From NCBI GenBank assembly GCA_964016885.1, contig OZ024740.1, positions 64,604,001 through 64,668,000 of the forward strand: 64,000 nt of DNA. Direction: 5' to 3'. The stretch is from Eledone cirrhosa (taxonomy: Eukaryota). A program made the translations under genes and the position numbers. Shown here in pieces: positions 53,323 to 64,000 of this stretch. Every line of letters starts with the position of its first letter. The stretch's first letter is position 1. The notes under the pieces are model-generated. The model was not told the DNA's origin. It did no database searches and was given only the letters and a program-made list of their open reading frames with translations.

Positions 53323-56041
53323 CACCTTTCTAGTGGGTCCGGGTATGATTTTACATTCATTTAAATTATTGACGTATTGTTTTATTGATTTTTTTATCTG
53401 TTTGGCCCGAATCTTCCTTTATCGATTTTAAATCGTATGGTTGATTGTAGACTTGTTCTATATGTGACGGTATTTTAACGATAGTTATAGCTCTGATTCA
53501 TCTGAATTATTGAGCCCTCTGCCGCTCATATCGAATTTCGTTTATCGTGAACTCGTGCGCCGATTTTTCGATACTCGATCTTTCTAATATATTTAGCTCT
53601 GGACTTAGCTATCCACCAGTTAATTTTATTGCTCATTTTTTGTCGATTCTATTGAGTGATGAATAGCTTTTGTTTTATTTTAACATGTCTATTGAGCACT
53701 CTAATTCGATATGTGTATTTCCACACTCACTCGAATTGTTTTCGCGGATATAGGGGTCATCTCCCTTGTCTAATGCCATGTGCGTTTTTCACCGCTAGTT
53801 GACTCCTCTGCCGCCAGGAAAAAACTCGTTGACAACGTAAACTCCGTTCCACTTATTCTAGTAGGCTTCTATATTTATATGTGAGCTGATAGAGTACAGT
53901 CTAAGGATTTACAGAAACCCATGAAGCTAGATTTAACACCTTTCTAGTGGGTCCGGGTATGATTTTACATTCATTTAAATTATTGACGTATTGTTTTATT
54001 GATATTTTTTATCTGTTTGGCCCGAATCTTCCTTTATCGATTTTAAATCGTATGGTTGATTGTAGACTTGTTCTATATGTGACGGTATTTTAACGATAGT
54101 TATAGCTCTGATTCATCTGAATTATTGAGCCCTCTGCCGCTCATATCGAATTTCGTTTATCGTGAACTCGTGCGCCGATTTTTCGATACTCGATCTTTCT
54201 AATATATTTAGCTCTGGACTTAGCTATCCACCAGTTAATTTTATTGCTCATTTTTTGTCGATTCTATTGAGTGATGAATAGCTTTTGTTTTATTTTAACA
54301 TGTCTATTGAGCACTCTAATTCGATATGTGTATTTCCACATTCACTCGAATTGTTTTCGCGGATATAGGGGTCATCTCCCTTGTCTAATGCCATGTGCGT
54401 TTTTCACCGCTAGTTGACTCCTCTGCCGCCAGGAAAAAACTCGTTGACAACGTAAACTCCGTTCCACTTATTCTAGTAGGCTTCTATATTTATATGTGAG
54501 CTGATAGAGTACAGTCTAAGGATTTACAGAAACCCATGAAGCTAGATTTAACACCTTTCTAGTGGGTCCGGGTATGATTTTACATTCATTTAAATTATTG
54601 ACGTATTGTTTTATTGAAATTTTTTTATCTGTTTGGCCCGAATCTTCCTTTATCGATTTTAAATCGTATGGTTGATTGTAGACTTGTTCTATATGTGACG
54701 GTATTTTAACGATAGTTATAGCTCTGATTCATCTGAATTATTGAGCCCTCTGCCGCTCATATCGAATTTCGTTTATCGTGAACTCGTGCGCCGATTTTTC
54801 GATACTCGATCTTTCTAATATATTTAGCTCTGGACTTAGCTATCCACCAGTTAATTTTATTGCTCATTTTTTGTCGATTCTATTGAGTGATGAATAGCTT
54901 TTGTTTTATTTTAACATGTCTATTGAGCACTCTAATTCGATATGTGTATTTCCACATTCACTCGAATTGTTTTCGCGGATATAGGGGTCATCTCCCTTGT
55001 CTAATGCCATGTGCGTTTTTCACCGCTAGTTGACTCCTCTGCCGCCAGGAAAAAACTCGTTGACAACGTAAACTCCGTTCCACTTATTCTAGTAGGCTTC
55101 TATATTTATATGTGAGCTGATAGAGTACAGTCTAAGGATTTACAGAAACCCATGAAGCTAGATTTAACACCTTTCTAGTGGGTCCGGGTATGATTTTACA
55201 TTCATTTAAATTATTGACGTATTGTTTTATTGATATTTTTTATCTGTTTGGCCCGAATCTTCCTTTATCGATTTTAAATCGTATGGTTGATTGTAGACTT
55301 GTTCTATATGTGACGGTATTTTAACGATAGTTATAGCTCTGATTCATCTGAATTATTGAGCCCTCTGCCGCTCATATCGAATTTCGTTTATCGTGAACTC
55401 GTGCGCCGATTTTTCGATACTCGATCTTTCTAATATATTTAGCTCTGGACTTAGCTATCCACCAGTTAATTTTATTGCTCATTTTTTGTCGATTCTATTG
55501 AGTGATGAATAGCTTTTGTTTTATTTTAACATGTCTATTGAGCACTCTAATTCGATATGTGTATTTCCACATTCACTCGAATTGTTTTCGCGGATATAGG
55601 GGTCATCTCCCTTGTCTAATGCCATGTGCGTTTTTCACCGCTAGTTGACTCCTCTGCCGCCAGGAAAAAACTCGTTGACAACGTAAACTCCGTTCCACTT
55701 ATTCTAGTAGGCTTCTATATTTATATGTGAGCTGATAGAGTACAGTCTAAGGATTTACAGAAACCCATGAAGCTAGATTTAACACCTTTCTAGTGGGTCC
55801 GGGTATGATTTTACATTCATTTAAATTATTGACGTATTGTTTTATTGATATTTTTTATCTGTTTGGCCCGAATCTTCCTTTATCGATTTTAAATCGTATG
55901 GTTGATTGTAGACTTGTTCTATATGTGACGGTATTTTAACGATAGTTATAGCTCTGATTCATCTGAATTATTGAGCCCTCTGCCGCTCATATCGAATTTC
56001 GTTTATCGTGAACTCGTGCGCCGATTTTTCGATACTCGATC

Positions 56042-56052
<11 letters not shown>
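53321..56052 (+). repeat. Highly homogeneous tandem array H17 (~615-bp unit, ~4.4 copies) between two (TA)n tracts
   Basis: AACACCTTTCTAGTGGGTCC at 53321, 53935, 54550, 55166 and 55781. Confidence 0.97.
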
Positions 56053-56105
<53 letters not shown>

Positions 56106-56583
56106 CGAAGGAAATGTGGTAAGGAACCAGGTGGACCATAACGCACCAAAGTACTCAATACTTAGGGTAGTAGAGTGGGTAATAGGAACCATAACGCACC
56201 ACAATTAGTCAAGAATTAGCCGTCGAAACGGCTTGAGCTCAGCCGTCGGGGTCTTATTGGTTCCTATATATATATATATATGTACGCCAATACTCATCGT
56301 TTTCCATTTCTCCGAGGGTTCTTAACCCCACTATCAGGCTAAATAATTTCTTTAATTTCTTTAGTCAAAATACAGCGATAACTTATATTTCTAATATATA
56401 TATATATACAAATATAATTTCAGCGAGATCGTATTTCGGCGGGGGCCAAACACAAATAGAAACGCAATCTTCGAGATATGCAGCAACCGCTCAATGGACT
56501 AAAGGAAAACCAGAGCAATTAACAGACGTTATAAAGGCCAGATAAAATGAACACAGTGGTCGTGTAGCCATCAGCCACCGGAG

Positions 56584-56634
<51 letters not shown>

Positions 56635-56684
56635 GTGTGACAACTACCCAAAGTAGATTAAATCAGGGAATTTTATCATCTTAA

Positions 56685-56867
56685 GGGCGGTGAATTAGCA
56701 GTATTGGTAGAGGGTCAGACATGTTTTCCAGCGTAGTTACATCCCTTTACGATCTGAGTTCAAATCCCGCCGAGGTTAACTTTGCCTATCATCCTTACGA
56801 GATCGATAAAATAAAGTACCAGTAATGTATTGGGTATTTGCTGGCCTTGTGCCAAAAGTAGAAACAA
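56685..56867 (+). mobile_element. Same tRNA-SINE family, 12-bp TSD
   Basis: Direct match; TTATCATCTTAA at 56673-56684 and 56868-56879. Confidence 0.85.
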
Positions 56868-57020
56868 TTATCATCTTAACGTAACCATCAATTATTCCTC
56901 GCCAAAACGTGCACTGGCTGTATGTATAAAGTTTTACTGAGTGTTGCAGCACCTGCGTTCTAAATAACGACAGACGCATGGTATTTGTGTATGCATATTT
57001 GTATATTAAAGAGAGAGAGA

Positions 57021-57072
<52 letters not shown>

Positions 57073-57560
57073 GAGAGAGAGTGAATGACAGACAGAAAGC
57101 AAGAGAAAAATATCAATGGGATTCACCCATCATTTTGTGTGTGTTTGTTTGTGTTGTTTATGTCGTATTGTTAATCTATTACGTAATTCGAATTCAAATT
57201 GTAAATATACAGAGACGTATGTATGTAACTTTAAAAGTCAGAGTAGTTTGAAAGCAATTTGGTCCCTATTTCTTGTAGCTGGAGCAATAGCGTGGATTCT
57301 CCAATTTTAGCACACAATTCCATGTTGTTTGAATTGGCCTTTTTGGTCTCTGTAGCATATAGAAAGTTATTTTGTGATATTGGTGTTTTTATCCAATATA
57401 TTATTTCGCTTCATGTTTCTAAAACACGGCCATCATTTCGGAAACTGCTGATCAGGTAAAAAAACAAAACAAATATGATATTACTGAAACAAGAGATTAT
57501 AGATAAAGAGAGCAAGCAATACACACGCATGCAAACAAACATACACACACACATAAATAA

Positions 57561-57650
<90 letters not shown>

Positions 57651-58482
57651 CAAAGAGAGACAGAAGGGAAGGAGATAGGATAAAGTTAGAAGAGGAAGTA
57701 TGAATGTAGAGAGAAGCTAGAGTGGGGTCAAAATACATACAATGCCGCTTAATACATTCAAAGTTGTTTTTACGATCACTTTTGATTTGTAAATACTTGA
57801 AAATCGATATTTAGTTCGTGATAAGTCTGGGCTGTTTTAAGTGTTGGCATCTGTATTTTGTAAACTCTTTGGAATGAGTTTTAAAAAAATAGAAAAGATC
57901 ACTGGCAAAATATAGAGAATCCAATGCATAACAGCACAAACCAACAAACAATTCGTTTATCTTTGTTTTCAAAAATTCATTTGTGTTTTTCCACCACATT
58001 GATCGATGGATACTTGATATCGAATAAAAAACTATTTTTTTTTGTTATGTTCGTAAATAAACATTTAGAGTGTATAAACTTAAAGCATGTTGTTAAATAT
58101 AACAGTAAAAGTATTATATTACATACAATAAAGTGTTTCTTAAAGTCATACGCAGAGTTTCGTGTATATTTTCGGTATATATTTTTTCATTATTTACGAT
58201 CTGATTAGAATTCCATTCAATTGTAATCTACCGATAGTTATCAAGTGCAATTTTTCTAAATAGTTGAAGGAGACATAGTGTTGCGTGAAGGAAAAGAGAA
58301 TAAAATGTATTGTTATTAAAAGAAAAAAACATAAAACTACAAGAGTTACTGTGAAGAGGTTCCGAATATAGATTTGAAACAAAGAAATAAACTGAAACAT
58401 CTGTGGGAGATCAACTATAAGCTTGTGTAAAGATTTGGTATATGTAGGTAGTCATGTATCCGTGTATGTGTGTGTGGGAGAG

Positions 58483-58521
<39 letters not shown>

Positions 58522-58943
58522 AAGAGAAAGTGTGTGAGTGTGTGGGTTGCTGGATGAATTCTTTTGGGTTCGAAATTTAGTTTTGCGTGTGTTTGTGTGT
58601 GTGTGTGTATGTGTGTGTCTGTGTGTGTGTGTGTGTATGTGTGTGTATGTGTGTGTGTGTGTGTGTGTGTGTCTGTGTGTGTGCGTGTGTAGTTAAAGCC
58701 ACGTTGTGTGCGTCTGTAGTTAAAGCCACGTTCTTTAAACATGATCTGTTTGCACTGCGGTGATAAATTTGTATTTAATTGTATTTAATAACACCAAACA
58801 TGTAAGGGTGTTTACCATGTATCATATATTCCTCTAAGACACATATCATCTCCATACTTTAGTTACATGAAATGTCCCTCAAAATATTGTGCCAAGATGA
58901 AAATAGGAATAATTTTGCGTTAATAGGCATCCATTTACATAAG

Positions 58944-59362
58944 TACAGGGATGCTCAGCTTTTTGTAGATACGTCTTTTAAGATCTAACTTGTTCTGATT
59001 ATCATTTAATTTCAGATAATTAATGAAAGGCATCAAGCTAACCAAAGAATTGAAGTAGCCCGTTGTTGGACAACTAAGCACGAGACGTGGTCGAGAAGGA
59101 TGTCAATCAATGCTCCCATAAGCCTATCAAATCTCTGAAATACACTGTAACTAGCGCCATGTCCAAAATAGATACATATCATCTGATTCGTGTTATGTCA
59201 ACATTTCAGACTTCGTTAGAAGCAGTCATCGATGCTAACGGCAAATTCATCAACACCTGTCTCAAGATTATTCATGCCATTTTTGTCTGAAATAAAGCTC
59301 TTCTTTTATGCGTCTTTTAGTAAATTCGTACAGATGTTCTCAAAGAACTGAGCAATCCTGAA
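58944..59362 (+). mobile_element. Internally deleted Tc1/mariner remnant
   Basis: VVEKDVNQCSH..FQTSLEAVIDANGKFI resembles a mariner transposase C-terminus. Imperfect TIRs: TACAGGGATGCTCAG at 58944 and CTGAGCAATCCTG ending at 59360. Confidence 0.6.
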
Positions 59363-60322
59363 GTTTTGAATAGTAGACACTGGAAATTTTGTTGCACGGG
59401 CTGTAGATTTCAATGGCAATGAAGTAGGTTCTCGTTACCCATAACCGCTTCGTAATTTGTATGATGTATTCAATGATCCTCATTCTGATATCGAATATTT
59501 ATCAAGGGCCAAGATCTATCGAACGCTGCTATTGCAACATCAATGATTAAAAGTCCTAGATTTTTGTGCCAAATCGCAAAGGCTCTTTGGTGCCGCCACT
59601 ATCAACTGTCTCCGAATGGATTAATAGAAATGTTTGCACCAACAAAGATGCCAAAAATCTTAATATGTACGTCATGTCGTGACGACAAAATAATTAGCTG
59701 AGTGACTACTTATAAAATACTAAATTATATGTAAATTAGCGATAGTTTGGCCGTAGTTAAACATATAACTTCTCATTCGGAGGTCAAACTCACACCAAAG
59801 TGACTATAAGATGACCTATCATGCGTGATCAAGGAATTTCCTTTACATTAAGTAAATTCGTAAAAGGGAATCTTATCAACGAATAGATATAATTTTATCG
59901 ATCCAGAAGGGATGAAAGGAAAATCTGGACTTAACAGGAGTCCAGATTGCTTGAAGGAATAATACGAGGCACTCTATCTGATGTTCTAACACCTCTACCA
60001 ACTCACCGCATTTATAAGTTCATTACAGATAGTTATTTACTCACCCTTACATCTACAAACATCACACCGCCCCAATCCGAATTCAGCTCTGTTTTGTAAC
60101 GTGTTCAACTAGACACCAATTGAAACGTCACTGTCACCGGTAAAAAAACAGTTTTTTTTCATAAGAGGAGTTACCTGCCACTTATCTCAAACTTTCACAA
60201 TTTTAGGGAGAAAGGGACGAACTAAATTTCCCTCTACAATTCTTAACAGAGCCGGGTAAATTTGAGAAACAGCGAAAATGGATAGAAATAGAGAGAGAAA
60301 GAGTGTGTGTGAGAGAGAGAGA

Positions 60323-60396
<74 letters not shown>

Positions 60397-60497
60397 AGTG
60401 ATTGTGGTGTTTCACGAGTTTCTCTCATTTGGATTTGAGGGTCTTTCGATGTTAGCGTCAACTTACTATACACAATACAGCCCCGTTTGACAAATTA

Positions 60498-60617
<120 letters not shown>

Positions 60618-61312
60618 ATGTGTGGTGTGTGTGTATGTGTGCTAAGAATATAACATGAAAGACTCAAAGGTCTGGTGTTTCATGCCAAGACACATATGAA
60701 ACTAATTATTTTGAAGAACCATGTCTATTTATATGCAGTATACAACGGAAGCATCTAATCTATATTTAAAATGATGTTATCCACGCGTGATAAATTCGGA
60801 AACTTAATTAATTTGTTAAACTCAATGATAGAATTACTTTCATTCTGAGAACATTTCCTATTCCTACCGAGTAAATTTTTGATAACGTAACTTATTGGCA
60901 GTCATTCGCTGTACTACAGTGTAGCAGCTATTCAAAACATGTGTTTTTAAATTAACTACCATACATGGCTTTATTCACCAACAATTCTAATGCATCCGTA
61001 AAAGAAACACATCCACAGTAGCACATTGCGCTGTCTAATTGTTATATGTACAGTTTAGCCTAGGGTTATGTCAGCATATACTTATAGTCTACACTACCTG
61101 AAATTCTATATACGTGTATTGTTACATCGCACAATTAGAATTGAAACCTTTAAATGAAAGTATGTAAACATGTATGTCTCTATATACACGTGTAACTATA
61201 AATGTATGTATGCATGTTTGGTGTATGTATATATGTATATATGAATGTATCTATATATGTATGCATGTATGTATGTGTGTATGTATATAACTATATATAT
61301 ATACATCTGTAC

Positions 61313-61421
<109 letters not shown>

Positions 61422-62178
61422 CAGGCAGGCATTGTGGCTCATATAATTTTGTAATATGGTGTGTGTGTTCTTTTCGAACGTCTTAAAAGTATTTCGTATT
61501 GAATCTTTCAAATCCTATTTAAATTACTTCACACATCCTGCCTGTTACCCGTAGCTGTACTTCGAGTACAGTAACTTATTCAATGTCATTCTCCTTTAAT
61601 CACATTAAATATATCTAATCGCCTAATCGCCTCTGTATTCATACAACATCACCTTCCATAACGTAAAGTCATTCAACAGAAGAACAGGAAGAATGATTTA
61701 TACGATTCAACTTCATAAAATAACAAGACCTGAACATGTGAATATTTTGAAGAATATCGGAACGTGCATTAACATGGACTTTATAAAGTTGCAACTGCAA
61801 CGTTTTAACATTTTATTGATATTAAACAGCTATGAAAAGCGATATTAAGGGATGTGCGTATTATTATAAGTGTAAGTCGCAGCTTATCTGAGTATTAATA
61901 TGTTTGATGTATTGTACACGCTTATATGTAGACGTGCATGTTTGTCCATATATGTGTGCATACATATGCATGCGAGTGTTTATACATCAATACTTATAAT
62001 TTTATATGAGTGTATATATGCTGTTATATATGTGTGAGTGCTTGTACCCTGAAGTGGGTAGGAGAGAAAGCGACAGATAGATATATACACACGCAAAAAT
62101 GTGAGTACGGCTCTATGAATAAATTTATATTTGAACGTATATGTATATTTGTGTGTGTGTGGGGGATGGGGGGCGTGC

Positions 62179-62240
<62 letters not shown>

Positions 62241-63039
62241 AAACCTGTTAGAAGATATGTCATGATATACGTGCATGTTTGCAAGCTTCTATAAAAATGC
62301 TTGTGTTACTGTACAATAGTTTAAGCACCACACAATACTGAAATGCATTTCGTATTTTCATTGCACTTTTCATTTAAACTTTCTTTTACTGAATCTCATA
62401 TTAACTGTTAACAAACAAAATCGCTTTTGCCGCATCAAAACAGCTGCTCTCTGTCGCTCTAACACACACACACACTCTCTCTCTCTACATCTCTCTCTGT
62501 CTTTCTCTCTCTCTTTCTCTCTCGCTGTATGTAGTTTTGTAAGAATACGTAGACATATCCAGGATGTTGCCACGACTCACAGTAAAGCCACGAGGAGAAG
62601 ACAGACTCTGAAATGAAACATCTGTTATTGGGCATAACGATTTATAAGAAAAGAGTGACTAATACATAGTTACCGGCTTTCCTTTTTAATGTTGTGTGAA
62701 ATATGTTACCGCCTTAGCTAAGCTTAGTACTGCCACAACCACGGCTGGCCAAGCAGTAAGGGTCTGGTGGTACGTAAGTAAGCAACACTGTGGCTTAAAA
62801 CGCGAGGAAGAAGTTGTGTGCACTTACCAACTGTTTGGGGAATGAGTGTGAGATTTGTCTTGAGCAAAGGTGGCAGAATAACCGGAGGCAGCAGACAGCC
62901 AGACATACAGACAGATATTATAAGAGCGCGTTCTGGACGCACACGAAATTGTGGGAAGTGACGTAATGCATACATCCAGACATACATACAGATATTATAA
63001 GGGCGTGAGGTTATATGTATGTATCTATCTAAAAAGACA

Positions 63040-63248
63040 AAGACTAAGAATTATAGATAGAGATCGCTAAATCGCTAGATCGCTAAATCGCTAGATCGCT
63101 ATATTGCCTAATGCGGTCCCTCGGGCATTGAAACATAAGTATTACATGTGTAAAGTTTGAAAACAGTCGGTTAGGTGGTTCTCGAGTTTTAAGGATTCAA
63201 ACTCACACACATACACACAGACAGACAACCTCAGTTTTATATATATAG

Positions 63249-63250
<2 letters not shown>
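63040..63250 (+). mobile_element. Possible non-autonomous Helitron/Helentron-type element end
   Basis: AAGTTTGAAAACAGTCGGTTAGGTGGTTCTCGAG..(ACAG)n..TTTTATATATATAGAT resembles DINE-1/Lep1-type ends. This is pattern memory only. Confidence 0.4.
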
Positions 63251-63288
<38 letters not shown>

Positions 63289-64000
63289 TGTTTGCGTGTA
63301 AGCGTAAGTTTGCATGTGGGAGTGCTCTCTTGTGCTTGTGTGTGTGTGTGTATGTGCATGTCTCTGCGTGTGTATGTGCGTATCAGTGCGCGCGTGCGTA
63401 GCCAGAACGAAAGCACGTGAAAAGTAATGGAGAACGATGTTGAAACGAATTACAAATACTTTTTCAAATAAGAATCTAATAACATGGAAAATTTTAGAAA
63501 GTAAAGAATGTGTAACATTGAGATGAGAATCTATATTACTTTCATGTTCCAATATAAAGTGAAACGAATTTTTTATGTAATTTCAATTGAATCACATTTT
63601 ATTTCTGAAACAAAAAGGGAGGAAGAAGAAAATGAAACAACGAATAAAAAAAAACAACGAAAAAAAACATGAAATAAACGTGGAAATCAACATTATCATT
63701 CTACTGACTCGTGAAGTGTTACAGCAACACATTCAAAGAGTCTTGATAATGCTTGTATATGAAGGCAAACATTTGCAATATGATGACGATTTTACTTTCG
63801 AATTCCTTTAATTGCATTAGTTTCTGAGTTCATATGATCGAAATAAACTTTTAAATCATATACATACATACAAATACACATACATACATACATACATACA
63901 TACATACAAATACACATACACACACATACATACATACATACAAATACACATACACACACATACATACATACATACATACACATACACATACATAGAAAAA

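Noticed and set aside
53652-53705. SECIS or C/D-box-like hairpin (GAGTG-ATGA..TGAG-CACTC) in the 615-bp unit
   Set aside because: The upper helix is irregular, there is no apical AA and no linked ORF; at most a possible kink-turn.
53321-56052. CRISPR array or centromeric satellite
   Set aside because: Eukaryotic context with no repeat-spacer pattern; only ~4.4 copies bounded by (TA)n.

Overview
Eukaryotic (animal) repeat-rich, AT-rich DNA with extreme (TA)n/(CA)n/(TG)n microsatellite density. The SINE types and microsatellite load suggest an octopus/cephalopod genome (inference). I can support no host gene; most ORF-track entries are microsatellite translations. Protein-coding elements: a full-length Tx1/L1-type LINE on the minus strand (35014-40832, 16-bp TSD, intact APE-RT ORF2), two 5'-truncated Penelope-like elements (PLEs; RT + GIY-YIG, Naiad-like), and RTE, hAT and mariner remnants, plus several tRNA-derived SINEs. 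The main signal is non-coding. The islands between (TA)n tracts carry about 30 type I hammerhead ribozyme (HHR) motifs in about 15 unrelated families, all folded by eye. They occur as 330-640 bp tandem arrays, terminally redundant monomers and head-to-head fold-backs whose inversion points repeatedly fall at HHR stem I. This looks like a dense community of TA-targeting, PLE-dependent retrozyme/pLTR-like elements, many with non-canonical cores.
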